Shown here: one piece after another, positions 13,289 to 26,311 of the stretch
How positions within the stretch are numbered: position 1 is the first letter of the stretch
Layout: every line of letters begins with the position of its first letter
Position numbers and translations under genes: made by a program
Assembly: GCA_001949185.1 (NCBI GenBank)
Contig: BDGG01000012.1
Span: forward strand, 1,046,973 to 1,110,972
Reading direction: 5' to 3'
DNA: 64,000 nucleotides
DNA from: Ramazzottius varieornatus
Taxonomy: Eukaryota; Animalia; Tardigrada
Notes under the pieces: generated by a model
Told to the model about the DNA's origin: nothing
Seen by the model: only the letters and a program-made list of their open reading frames with translations
Databases searched by the model: none

Positions 13289-15388
13289 ATGCAAACACAG
13301 GGTAAGAGTAGCTATTACCCGGTGGTCTGCGACTGATGCTAGTCAACGGTATGTTCTTGCAGGGAACTCGCGGGAGAAACATTGTTCATCGCAGGAGGAT
13401 CACGCGGCATTGGGAAAGTAATTGCGCTGAAAGGTTGGTATACCGTCGATTCCTAACATCCTGGTAATTGACTTCCGGTTGGCGATCGCGAATGACGTGT
13501 TATCTTCGTATATGATAGCTGCAAAGGACAAAGCAAACCTGGTGATTGCTGCAAAGACTGTAGACCCTAATCCGAAGCTCGCCGGAACCATTCATAGTGC
13601 CGCGGAAGAAAGTAATCTGACGATCCCCGAGATCATATGCGCTACTGCATTAAGCACGTATACAGCAAGAAATAATCGAATGTCTTGTTTTTTAGCCCGA
13701 GCATTAGGGGGTCGGTGTCTTCCGCTGCAAGTAGATGTCAGGAACGAAGCGCAGGTATGATAATACATAGCTACAATGAGTTGATCAGCGAATCTATTTA
13801 CATGGTTCGCACGTATGGTTCGGGGTTGGCGGATTCCTAATGCGCTTCGTTCTGCAGGTCCAGAATGCCGTGGATGACGCGGTCAAGGAGTTTGGCGGGA
13901 TTGATATCGTAACTGGTCAAATTTCCGGTACTTTTATTATCTGTTCGCCGTCACTCTCTTGATTATTGTTAGGTGGTCAATAATGCTAGTGCAATATCTC
14001 TGACTGGAACCCTTGACACAACGATGAAGAAGTACGACCTGATGAATCAGATAAACGCCAGAGGAAACCTTCCTCGTGTAGGTACGCGGCATCTTTTCCA
14101 CGTTGTACAGTAAATGACTTTCTAATGGGGGAGCCGTCTGATCCGTTCTCATGTCTCGTAGATCCAAACTATGCATACCGCATCTCTTGAAAAGGTAAGA
14201 AACTTTTCGCGTAGCGTTTTAGAAGCTCACTTCCGGGAGGGCCGAAAGGCAAAAACTGTGCAAGTCGAACGTTCTGCTCTCTACGACGTGTCTCCTTTCA
14301 GCAAGAATCCACATATTGTGAATCTGAGCCCGCCGCTCAGTATGAGACCTATGTGGTTCAAGAACAACCTGGCGTATACCATTGCGAAGTACGGCATGTC
14401 GATGTGCGTGTTAGGTACAAGAATGTCGAATCACGTTTATATTCACTGGCGAAGGGTTCCACTAACTTATGTCTATGTCTCCTGTAGGAATGGCCGAGGA
14501 ACTGAAAGCAGACAAGATTGCAGTAAACGCTCTCTGGCCCCGCACGGGTTGGTACATGGTTTCAGTCGTAGCGTTGCAACCCTGGACAATCAACACCCAA
14601 ATAACTTCACGAGGTTTGAATCACCATGATGCTCACAATTAGCTTTCCGTTTCAGCGATCTGGACGGCGGCGGTTGAAATAATGGCCGGCGATCAGAGTG
14701 CCAGGAACTGCCGTGAGGTCGACACTGTAGCGGATGCCTTCTATCACATTGTCACACAAGACAGTAAGACCGTCACCGGCAACTTCTTTGTCGACGAAAC
14801 CTTGCTTCGAGAAGCCGGCGTGCAGGACTTCGAGCAGTAGGCCTTGGAACCAGGAAACCCGCTCATCATGGATGGGTTCATTGACGAAGAACTCGACTCT
14901 GCAGGATCGATGCTTGGTCAGGACTCGTTCTCGAAGATAGGCAGTTTGACCAGAACTGGCGCGAGGAATCCTGCGGCCAGTGGTGATGAGTCTGAAGTCG
15001 CGCGGATTTTCAAAGAGGCGGAAAGAACGCTACAACAGAGCAGCGAGCGGAAAATTCAAGATGTATTCGTGTTTGATGTGGACGGTAACTCTGATATTCT
15101 AGCAAGACTCCAAAATACGGACATGTGAAGAAAGAATTTCGTTCCAGGCGATAAGTGGTATTTGGATGGGATAAATTCGAAGATTGGCCCTGGCGAGCCG
15201 ATTTCTCCGCCATCATGTACGATGAAGATGAACACCAACGATTTCATCGATCTTTTCGTGGGTAGCGTGACGCCTACTATCGCGTTCATGTCAGGTAAGG
15301 TGAAGATAAAGGGGAACATGAGTCTGCTGTGAAACTGGACAAGCTGTTGTCTAAGTTCCAAAAGCAGGGAAAATCTGACGCAGCCTAA
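13289..15388 (+). pseudogene. HSDL2: HSDL2 (SDR + SCP2) with intact exon-intron structure but three ORF-disrupting lesions
   Basis: GGSRGIGKVIALKAAKDKANLVIAAKT, VVNNASAISLT, AYTIAKYGMSMCVLGMAEE, VNALWPRT and the SCP2 motif AFMSGKVKIKGNM are present. Lesions: +1 A at ~14065, in-frame TAG at 14838-14840, and a 1-nt deletion at ~15326. Confidence 0.85.
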
Positions 15389-15591
15389 CAATTTGCTTAA
15401 TTCCACATAGCTGTGGGTTATGCGTATGCTCAATAGGTGTTTAATGCCTGAGCGAATTGCACAAAGTTGACTTGTTTGTTATTGCGCAAAAACTGGAATG
15501 TATTACTAGCTTAGTGGATTTCAAAAACGGTACTCTGACAATTCAGGAACACGTAAAAGGCTTATGGAGAAACTTGGTATAACATTGTGTT

Positions 15592-18500
15592 TCAGTCTAG
15601 TATTGCCTTCAGGCCCATCTCCACTGGACGGGGCCATGATAGATGAGGAGCTTCGGTTGGGAACTGTAACTTGCTGTCGGGTGATCCGGGGTTCCGAACT
15701 ACTATGTTTATGGTCAGCGACGATATGGCGCCGGCGTTGTCTTTCACAATAGCCGTGTGTTCGTAAGTTCCGGGAACCAGCGCGGTTTTCGTTTGGAGTA
15801 TTCCAACGGCCTCGCCAGTCATTTCGAAATTCCTAGAAAAGAACCGGAGATGTTCCGCATCGGTTCGAGTCAACTTTAGCAGATACTAACTGATTACTGC
15901 GGCCAATTCGGTGAATTCTTTTCTAAAATTCTTACGCTTCTTCGCTGTTAAGCCATCTGTAGGTTCCTGATCCGCCAGTTACAATGTACTCTCCCAGTAT
16001 CGTCCTGTTGGCACAGTAAATGTTAGTTCATGTCATCGACGTGTTAGCAGGTCAAAGCTTCAAGATGGACCACATCTCGAGCCGGTGACTGTACCTGGCC
16101 AGCAATACAGGAGGGAAGTTTCCTCCAAGGGGTGTGTCCACAGTTATCGTTGTAGGACCGTTGATGTTGACCAACGGCTTTGACTGCTGTGAGGCTTTGG
16201 TAAACGTGTGGGTGATGTTCCCTGCTATCGTGTCATCTCTCGAAACTCGAGCTTCGTCGCACGGTTTAGAGCCCGGTCGGGTGCTTGATGGTGCAATCTG
16301 TGAGCAGAAGTCGACAGTGTTGGGAGCAGTAGTGCCAAAATTAATCGTTGAATTGAACGAGTTAAACTTCACATCTTACGTTTACTGATGCTGAAGTGCC
16401 TCTTCCTGTAGAATCCATCGCCGTTACCATCATTTTTTGTGCTGTTCGAACCGGCTTGGCAGCGAAGATGTTCCCGTCCGCATCAATACGGAAATCGTCC
16501 GATGGTGAAACACTGTACCGAACAATGTTTCCCATGTCGCTGACGGCCTGCGAAGCAATAGCTTTCAGTGTGATTTTGTGGGGGCAAGAATGTACAGGGA
16601 CATACTTGAACCTGTCCGATACGTGTCGAGGACGTCAGCACTGACGGAATAGTGAAGTCGTACAAGTCTTGGCCGAACCGAGGTCCCAGTCCCAGGTTTC
16701 GGGACGGCGAGAGAGCTCTTGAAGGAAATCGCGAACCATCGGGCTGGAAGTCCATCATCTGAGGTCGCGAACACGACGGCGTAATGGCTACTTCTAGCTT
16801 CATGATCGCAGTCCGGCCGGAGAAGTCCCTGGCGGCCACATCGAAAACGTAAGTCCCTATGGTCAAAGCGGTGCGGCTTCGGATCTCCCCATTTATCTCA
16901 TTCACGAAGAACAAGTCACTACCGCCGCTGCTGTACATGAAGTACGTCACTCGATCCATCGGATCAGGAGCAACAGCCTACAAGTAAAATAAAATAGTTA
17001 ACGATTAAGACTATACAGTGTTACAAATGCATCCCTTCCGGTGGTCACGTGACGTTAGTTACCATTGACCGATTTTAAAAGAGCAGGTGGCCGCCGGAAG
17101 AGATGCATTTTCACCATTGTATATATATCACACAAACATAGAAGAAGGTTCTTAGACGTGACAGATGGGTCATACCTTCACTCGCCCAATAAAGTTGGTG
17201 TTTGGCGGAGCGCACAACGGCGTGACGAATATCGGTGGTGTTTGCCCAGCAGTATGCGGTAGTCGCATAGTGAAGTCGGGCATGCGTCCAACGTCAGGGC
17301 CCGCTGGTCCAAATGGTCCGAAGGATGGGCCGCTGGCTATGGGAAATGAGGGCTGAAGTTGTTGAGGTAACGGAGCTGGGAAGTGCGTGAACTGCGTCAT
17401 ACCAGGCGGACCAGCTATGTTGCGACCAGGAAGCTCAAAAGGGAACATAACCGGTGGCCCTGGCGGCGGACCGGGAAAAGAACCGGGAACGCTCATACCC
17501 ATCGGTCCACCGAAGCCCGGTGGTGACATCAGAAAGGCGTCGTCACTCTTTTGTCCGTTGGCGTCTACTCCTGGTATCGGTTCGGGGAGGCCAGATGACG
17601 AAGATCCCTGAAAGGGCATTTGTCGAGAAGGAACCTGAAGTTCATCCGAAGAACCCGTACCATCTTGATTGATTGGGCGAGCGCCAAAATTCTGTTCTTG
17701 TCTTGGAAAGTTCCTCTGGCCCATGAAAGGTGTCTCAAAAAGAGAGCCTGGACCTCCGAACAGTTCACGGACTTGCCGCTCGCTGCCAGCACTGAGTTGA
17801 GGGAAAGGCGGCCCAAACATTAGCGGAGAAAAATCTTGTGGACCGGGAAAGTTCAGCTGGCGGGAGTGAAAGGCGTTCTGAGACGACTGTTGGAGAAACA
17901 TCGGTGGTTGGACCACCATCCGATGAGGGAACAGAATACTGGTCTTGACAGTCATAGGTATTTGCTGATCATTGCTTTGCGGTGGGGAATTCGTACTGGA
18001 TGGCTGTTTAGTTGGGTGGACTTGTAGCTGCTTGGGCGCGATGGTACTGACGGATCTCAGGTTGTTTGGGTCTTCAATGTCTGTGTGATTTATTAACCTG
18101 GCCGCTATGTCTTCCAGGTGATTCAGGTTGTTTGGGTCTCCGAGCATGAGCGGTCGACTTGGTCGAGGCCGACTCGAATGGTCTGTGCTGACTTGCTTGG
18201 TAATTGGGTCCACCAGCGGAGGAAGTTCGAAGGAGAACGTCTGGGACACTCTATCCGGTTGTGAGGAGAGCGAATTCTGTGGCAAATCTCGATTGGGGAA
18301 CGGCATCGGCTGAAAAGGTCCCGGACCGAAACCTGGGCCGGAGGGACCAAACCCTGGACCTCCTGGGAAGCCTGGTGGAGGTGGAGGAGGGCCGAGGTTG
18401 TTACCGGGAAATATGCCTGGTCGATTTTCTGAAGAAAACAAAAACTAAATATTAAGCTAAGAGAAAATGTGAGCTTGATCAAGTGGAAATACTAAGTCAT

Positions 18501-21500
18501 TATTTTCAGTTGAAGTGACCCTGAAACAGTCTGGACCGATCTTACCGAAAGATGGAGGAAAGCCGTTTAGAGGGCTATTGTTCCCGTTGGGCGGGGAGTT
18601 TGGTGGGAACGGACCATTTGGTGCAGGGAAGCCACTGTTCAAGTTCGAGCCGAGATTACCGTTGAAGGGCTCTGGGAAACCTTGGGGACCTGGTCCGAAT
18701 GGTCCAGCGCCGCCTGCAGGTTGACTATTCGCGGTACCCCGTGGGTCGAACAAGTCTGGATTGACGCCAAGCAAGTTCTGACCGGGTTGGCCTAACGGTC
18801 TATTATCGATTATGTTGGATGGTTGAAAAGGGCTTGGGTTCGGCGGAAATCCACCGAGCCCACCTGGACCTGGCGGAAACACGCCCGGTGGAAGTCCGCA
18901 CTGCAGGAGGACCGTGACGGGAACCTGACCTCGGTTGCCGTAAGGATCTGAAGCGAAGACTGCGAACCGTCGTTCAGGGTTGTCGCTGGGTTGGAAAGCT
19001 CGAAGCTGTATCAGTCCGTTTGGGTCGATGGTAAACTCTTGCCAGGCTGTCAGCGAATACTCTACTCCACCGGGTGAACCTATCAACTACAGAAAGGCAG
19101 AGTAACTGCAGAAAACTGACGACTTCTACAGAAAGCACGCTTTCAATAACTAAGAAGTGCCTAAAACAACAACAAAAGTGGAAATTAAACATAAAACGGA
19201 AAGTAATCGAAGTGAGAGAAATTTGATTTTTTGAGAACAAAAATTCAGACATGGATCCAGAGGAAGAAACTTGATTTACTGTTCAAGAGAAGACTTACTC
19301 TGACGACTCCGACAGGAGTTCCAACGTTACAGATTGTCACCATAAACTGGTACACTGGCTGTTCGAATACCAGCTGCCCAATAGGGAATGAAGGGGAGCC
19401 TCGACAGTGAAAGTCGACCGTGACGGGAAGGGTAGTGGAAGAGCCGTAGGAGTCGATGGCTCGGACAATAACTTGGCGAACTCGTGGTTCTGGCACCAGG
19501 TTGCCAACTCGAAGAACGCCGCTGTCCAGGTCGACGTAAACTTCACTGCTTGGATTGTCGATGACATACTGAATACGATCTCCTGGCGAGTTCCCTCGTG
19601 CCTCTACCCTACCGATAGGGCTTCCCGGTTCACAGTTCGACACGGTGAACGCCTGGTATTGCGAGGTGAATACCGGTGGTTGACGGCCAGGCGTGGGCGA
19701 CAGAGTGTTGTCGCTCCCGACGACGTTGACGCGTATGACGGTTTCGCAGTACTTTGGAAAAAACAAAAACACTATCAATACCAGTTACACTCGTAGCTTT
19801 ATCTGTAAAACATTCTCCACAATGTCCTAATTTTTCTTCAATCTTCTAACTGGGACCTAGGTAAACAGACTCGGCAAGACTGTTTGCTCGAGTGGCGCGT
19901 TTTTTCGGTACTTTCGTCTGTGAACTGCGCCACTTGAAAAGCCAGCCTTGTCGATTTTGTTTGCCGAGCTCCCATTTATTCACACCTTTACAGAATATCG
20001 TCCTGGTTTCTCCGTAAAAATGTACGTCCAAGTATTACTCAGAAAAGCGTAAAAAACGTTTGATAAGTTTCGACAGTCCAGGGATCGTTTAAAAAACATT
20101 CCGAGCTGCAGATACAATCGTACGGTTCGTTTAACTTTACATTTGCCGTGCAAGTGTCAGATTTTGATGGATGGATTACAAACACGACATTTGTATCTTG
20201 TTTTTCCAACAAGTCAAGTGTTTGTATTTGCAGTTACACTAACAATTAAAGCTGGCATTTACACGACCACTTTGTTCGATGTGCTCCATGATTTATCATA
20301 CCTGTCCACTGGGTACTGTAGCTCGAACTCGAAATTCCAGAGCGGACCGCGTTTGTGGAATGATTCGACCGGGTAGGCGGTTTCGTGCAGTCAGTGCTTC
20401 AGGTCCGAGGTAGACAATACCGGTGAAAGGATCGACTCGAAAACGATCAAACACAACATCGGTGGTCGTGTACTGGATCGGTGTGTCCAGCTGGTAGGTT
20501 GCTGTAACCTTTGCGATAGGCGTATTCACCGGTGTATCACTGGGCACCGCCACAGTCATAAAAGGATCGGTGCAGCGAGGACCCAGTGGAAAAACGGCAC
20601 CGCCGGGGAAAAAAGCTCCCTGTTTCCTTGATGAGTTCTTATCCTGCAAAATACAGAAAAGCTATAAAGGAAATGTCGCACAAAACTTTGGAGAGAAACC
20701 TTACCATGAGAATTTCGTCGACTCGGAAGCTGTCGTCATCCAGAAGGCTCTTGGTCGATGTGGAACTCATTATGTTAGCCATGGAATGACTGGCGTTGGG
20801 CATGACGGCCGTTGTCGAAGTGGAATTCAAGGTGGTCAGTAGTCTGGTCGTTGTTGCAGCTGTAGTGGCTATAGTACTCGGAACTATTGAGGTTCGCAGT
20901 TCGGACTGGAAAATCATGTTGTCCTCCAGGGTGTGGTTCAGTGGGACTGCGTCTGAGGCGGACAGATTTCCGGCAAGCTTGATCGCGATTTTCACCGTAC
21001 ACATCTACGCGGGGGATCACATTGGTAAAATATAGAATGCAGTGTATGATATCGGTATCCAGAGGACTAACCAAATTTCCATTCATACTGGCTAATCGCA
21101 GGTTAAACTCCGTGGCAGAGGGATCGAAAAACGGAACAAGAATTCTGACTTTTCCTCTATAAAAAACAATTTGTTAGGCAGAAATTTTGGCAAGACTTTC
21201 AAGTTTCACTTACTCATGGTCAATTCGAAAATGGCCTTGCTCGTTCCCACCAATAATACTGAAAGGTCCCCAACCTGGTCCTCCATCATACTGCAAGGAG
21301 GCGAGTTTAATACAGATCTCTAAGATTCTCAATCCAACGATACGTACGTCTACGAGCCGACCGACTTCCTGGTTTTCTCTGGCATTGAAAGGCAGTGTGA
21401 CGTATTTGTTGAAAGCGTCTCCACAGGTCTCCGTCATCACAGGAAAAGAGAATGGAGTGGTTGCATTGGTTGTACCGTCGGCAAAGTCCATCTGAAAAGG

Positions 21501-21675
21501 AATATACCTAATTACGCCCCGCTACTCGCATGTGTCCAAATTGGAGAAAAAGTGAACTTACGAGCACTAACTGCCCCGTACAACCCTGGAACAGCAGGAG
21601 AAGCAAAGAATAATAGGAAACCGTCCGCGTCAATAAATTCGCGGTTCGCGGTGGAAGCCCATTGGGTCGCCCCAT
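15592..21675 (-). CDS. Secreted protein with ~7 divergent cadherin-like repeats, a Thr-rich linker and a long Pro/Gly-rich insert
   Basis: Signal peptide MGRPNG..YSLLLLLFQGCTG. Cadherin-like motifs include FSIIGGNEQGHFRID, PPVFT..Y, IGRVEA, FRVDPFTGIV and VAARD.SG. Low-complexity exons lie at 18518-18900 and 17178-18431. About 13 GT-AG exons, and no TM segment before the stop at 15592. Confidence 0.8.
19852..19973. mobile_element. Family-1 hairpin element, copy B (intron of the cadherin-like gene)
   Basis: gagtggcgcgt-N24-ctgcgccactt, with arms gggacctaggtaaac...gtttgccgagctccc. Confidence 0.75.
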
Positions 21676-22430
21676 GGTCAGATATAGTCCCCAATATCCA
21701 CTCAAGATTCAATTCGGCAAAGTCAAGTATCAGTAAGTATGGTAAAGTGAATCCCGCCAACTAATCATCATGTTTCGCTCAAGCAAAGACTCTATGCTTC
21801 GGGAACAAAGGTCTCTTCCTCCACTGCCCACTACCAAAGATCACCCTAAGGACTGCTGCGCCACTTGTCCGAGGCTGACAGAGATCAGTTTCTGCTCACC
21901 AAAGAAATGGTGCGATCTGCGTTTTCTGAGTCTATGAACTGCTCAAAAATTTTCTGAACCGGGGTTCCTTTGCGAGCCTACGTTGCCGTTGCGGCCCTGG
22001 CTGTTCAACATCCTGACTTTCAGGTATGACTTCAGAGTCCGCCCTGTGATACCTCGCCGTTATTTGCAAAACCCTGCTCGTAAGACATTTTTTCTTCTCA
22101 TGCGTGAACTTTAGATGGATGGACGTGGGTAACAAACGATACTCTCATCAGGTGGGCCATTCATGGCGTCCAAGCGACAATCGATCGCCGGATCCAAATT
22201 AACTTGTTTAATAACTAGACATTACCAGTTGTAACTAGGGTACAGACGGGTACCACTCCAACGTCAACACGATCCATCACGTCGGAAAAAAGCACTATTT
22301 GTAAACTTTAGTCCGAGCACCGCACAATGGAGAAGCGGTCGTGCACCAAACATAATACTCTTCATTGATATCACACGAGAAATAATTCACAATAACGAGA
22401 CAAACCTTAAAAACCCTTTCATGAATGAGT

Positions 22431-25400
22431 TCACTGGGTTGAAGATTCACCTGACGGCTTCTCTTCGGAAGACTCTTGGGAAGAACCAATCTTCATTTTC
22501 TTCATACCGGAAAGGAGCTCGACGATCTCCTTTTCGCCGAGCTTTTCGGCTTCAGCCAGCGAAGACTGTCCACAGCTGGCCTTTTTGTCTGGAGGTTGCT
22601 TACAGTGCTCGGACAGCAGCTTGACGCATCTTGTACTGCGGTGCCTTACAGCCGTCAGCATCGGCGAATAACCATTATAGTCTGGAAAACACAGCATTTT
22701 CTAAGCTAGTAAACAGTCTGAAGCTTCCGAAGATCCTCCAAAAAATTTTACACGTGAAGCTGGGTGAACAAGATGTGCAAGATCGTTGTCGTTAGTGGCG
22801 CACGTTTCCATCATTATTAGCTGGCAAGGCGCGCCACTCAAAATAACGATCGGTACGTTATGTTTGCTCAGCTCCGACTTACCTTCCTGGTCCATGTTCG
22901 CGCCGGCTAGAGCGAAGCTTTTGAGACGATTCCAGTCATGCTTCGCGGCAGCACAACACATTTCAGACGCCAGCTTTAGAGGACCATAGTGAAGTTGAGA
23001 CCCACAGGAACGAAGGAGTTCGATGATTTCGAACCGGTTGAACTGGACCGCGTTATCCAGTGGCGTTAGTCCCCTACGAGAAAGAAATTGTGTTTGAGTT
23101 TCACGAAGAATTTCTGATATGAACTAAGCATTACCATCTGTCCTCAGCGAGGACGTTCACGCCCTGCTCAAGCAAGAACTTTACCACATCGGTCAGACCA
23201 TTACTGGCTGCGATGTGCAGTGCGGTGTTACCGTCATAGTCGCAAGCGGACAAGTTACCACCGGCGTTCTTGATGGACTCCAAACGCGTGAGAGACCCGA
23301 TCCTCGCAGCGTTACAGATTAACGAAGGGAATAGTAGCCTTCTGAGAGCTGCCTGTTCTTCCGAAGATGATAGCTGCATGACTTGGGCGACTGCCTCGAT
23401 CAAGTCAGCGTCCAACACTGACATTTCACGAGACTGTTTGACGGTCAGTTCACCTCGGAGATTCCGTAACATCATTGCCCGCTTCTGCTGTAAAGTCCAT
23501 TCTGTTTTACCGAGAACGTAACTGAGCTTGGTCAATGCAGCTTCCGGTGTCCTAGATAACACCAAACAGGTAAGACAATGTAACCGGGTGCTCGGCAAAC
23601 AAACTCACGAGGTTTTTGCAAGTGGCGCACTCTTTCTGCCAATAACACTACAAGCGTGCGTCACTTCGGAAATCGACCAGATCGTTTTCCAAGTGGCGCA
23701 CTCTTTCGCCCGAAAATACGGACAAGGTGCACCACTTGAAAAACGATATTGCCGAGTGTACAGGATGTTTCCAATTACACTGAATCGTTTTCGACGTTTC
23801 GTGAAAAATTGGTTTCTAACCTTGTTTCGCTGCTTTACCGCCCATTTAATAGACCGTTCTCTGAACTTGCGATTGTATATGTTTTCCTGCGCTCAACTTT
23901 GATCGGTTGACTGGCAGAATTCACTCCAAACCGCTTGTTCTACCGGGAAGAAAGGGCCTTGGCTATGGCAAAATTTGCTGCTTTTGTGCAGTGCCGCTCA
24001 GACACCTGAGATAATTCATTTCGAATAGCCAGTTATTGTCTTCTTAATTCGAACTATAAGGTTCCATCTTGTTGTTTTTCTAGCCCGAGAAAACAAATTC
24101 AGCCGGGAATACATGCAATAATTTTTGCTGCCAGACAAGACAACGTATTCCAGCACCCACGAGCAAGAACTAAACCGAAGGAAAAGCGTTCTCAAATATA
24201 CTAGATGAAATTGTGCGTCGAATAGTATGAGCGGAAAACTTCAACAAGTTTTTGTTCAGGAGTAAGCCGACCTGAGGTACAAAAATTTGACCGTTCAAAA
24301 CTTCCCTTGTTTTCGAAGTGGTCCATACTTTCGCCCATACGTCTTTCAGTAGGCTCCCGATCTCAACGAAACTTGGCGTAACGTTCTCAGGAGCCATGCC
24401 TATGTGTGTACAAAATATAGCAACAAAATCATCAGAAATACAGTTTTTGTGGTGCATTAAAAATGATTCGGTCAATTGGAAACAACGTGTATTTGCCTAG
24501 GTCCACACTAACGAACAACTCAAGGAACTCTGGCAACTTACATGTCGTGTCCAGGAACGATGCCCAAGTCCGCAAGAGCTTTTCCGGTTTCGTACGCTGG
24601 ATTGACGACCCCGTGACTGCATTGACTGATGTTGACAATGATCACTCCGCGGCTGTGAGCTTCATGCAACACGTCCATGATATCTTTACTTCTGGCCATA
24701 ATGTTACCCGCACCATACGTCTGTAGGACACAACCCAGAATCGGTGGTTGAAGGAACGTCTTGACCGTGGATGCAGTAATACTAGGAAAGAGCCGAAGAA
24801 TCGCCACGTCTCGGTTCAACGCGGTGAAGCTGGAAAACTGGCTGAGTTTGTGCGGTCGGAAGATCGAATCGTAGTCAACCTGGAAGAACAATTTTGGGAT
24901 AATAAGCGTCGTGGAAGAGGAAGAACTTGACTTACTTACATAGATTTGTATTCCCACTTCTGCAAGTGGACGACAGTTCGGTGATGCAAAAGCATCAAAC
25001 GAAGCATTATCAGTTTTCGTCGAGCGGTTTCCTCTGAAGAGCTTGTGGTTGAAGTATACGCAGACTTCGGGTATCTTGTAGATGCCAGCTAGTATTAGGG
25101 CGCCCACGAAATTGTCCCGTCCATCACTGCGGACTTCGAACACGGGAATCTGACTTCCTGTCAGGATGACAGGTTTGCCCAGGTTTTGAAGCATGAATGA
25201 CAGCGCTGAAGCGGTGTATGACATCGTGTCAGTACCATGAAGAACAACAAACCTGCAAATTTGACACGTCACTTCAGTCACTTAGTTCGAAGTGATGACA
25301 CCTCAGGGAGCTTCTTACCCGTCAAACGCTTCATAATGCTGTTGTATGTCATCTGCAATCTGTACCCATTCCTGGACAGTCATGTTCGAAGAATCCAGAA

Positions 25401-25892
25401 GTGGATCATACTCCTGAACAGAAACGAAGGGCTGCATGACATAATTATATCGAAAATCTTCGAGGGGCGTTTACCTAATTACCTTTATAAAGTAGAGAAT
25501 CTTCTTTGGCTCATGCGTATCCGGGAGGACCAAGGGGCGTAACTCGTCGTCTGCGGCAAAGGCTGTAGAATATAGTCGATCGTGCAGATGAGGAAAATGC
25601 TTCAGAGCTTCACACAAGTAGTGTGGTTCCGGGACATACGATCCACTGTTCCCTTCCGTCACTCTCCATTTCATGCCAATGGTACCGCCCGTGTAAAGCA
25701 CCTGCAAATAAACAGAATGATGTGCGCGGGTTCAGCAGCCAAATCTGCACCCTTAAGTTGTAAGATATTTACCAGAACGCGAGCATGTTTCTGAGGATCA
25801 AACTCGAAGGAGTTGATAGTGCTCTTTTGCGCCTCTAACAGACGTGGAAGACGGGGGCGAGCTGGAAGGGTGTCGCTTGAGCCACTATCCAT
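22431..25892 (-). CDS. ASPG: L-asparaginase / 60-kDa lysophospholipase with C-terminal ankyrin repeats
   Basis: VLYTGGTIGM, LLDSSNM, VVLHGTDTMSYTASALSFMLQNLGKPVILTGSQIP, LFRGNRSTK, DMTPEAALTKLSYVL, and ankyrin DYDGNTALHIAASNG. Confidence 0.96.
22755..22876. mobile_element. Family-1 hairpin element, copy C (last ASPG intron)
   Basis: tagtggcgcac-N25-gcgcgccactc, with arms gaagctgggtgaac...gtttgctcagctcc. Confidence 0.75.
23586..23758. mobile_element. Family-1 element with a tandem duplicated core unit (copies D+E), ASPG intron
   Basis: aagtggcgcac(23620)-N25-gtgcgtcactt followed by aagtggcgcac(23691)-N25-gtgcaccactt, flanked by ctcggcaa...ttgccgag. Confidence 0.78.
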
Positions 25893-26311
25893 CCTGCAAG
25901 ACGTACGGAGAAGTTGCCAGATCAACGTGATACATCCAGCGACCTTCCGAAGAGTAAAGTGACAACCACGAACGCGAGCAGCAAAGCAGACACACGTTAT
26001 AGAAGATACAGATTTAATTTCATGGCAATGTTTTGGTTTAATTGGAGATATTGCGATTCGACTCCAGTGTCAGCGAATCGAGTTTTCGGGTTAAGTTTGC
26101 GGCCGCGCCTCCAGTTTAACTTCCGCCCGGATTACCAACAGTGCCATTGTGCTCCTCGTGATGTCTTCCTGTACCATCTCTGTTTTCCAACCGTCTTCCA
26201 GAGTATCCGCAACTCGTAGTACTTCTTTCCTTTTTTTTGACAGATGAAGAACATTGACTTAGGATGGCGGGGAAAGGCACGGAAGTTGAGGATTCCCTTT
26301 GACCTTGGAGG

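Noticed and set aside
14838-14840. Programmed stop-codon readthrough or recoding in HSDL2
   Set aside because: Two additional frameshifts in the same gene make pseudogenization the simpler explanation.
17387-18724. Plus-strand Gly/Pro-rich ORFs
   Set aside because: These are antisense shadows of the Pro/Gly codons of the minus-strand cadherin-like gene.
23586-23758. CRISPR-like repeat-spacer appearance of the family-1 and family-2 repeats
   Set aside because: The context is eukaryotic and intronic, the cores are inverted rather than direct, there are at most two units, and no cas genes are present.
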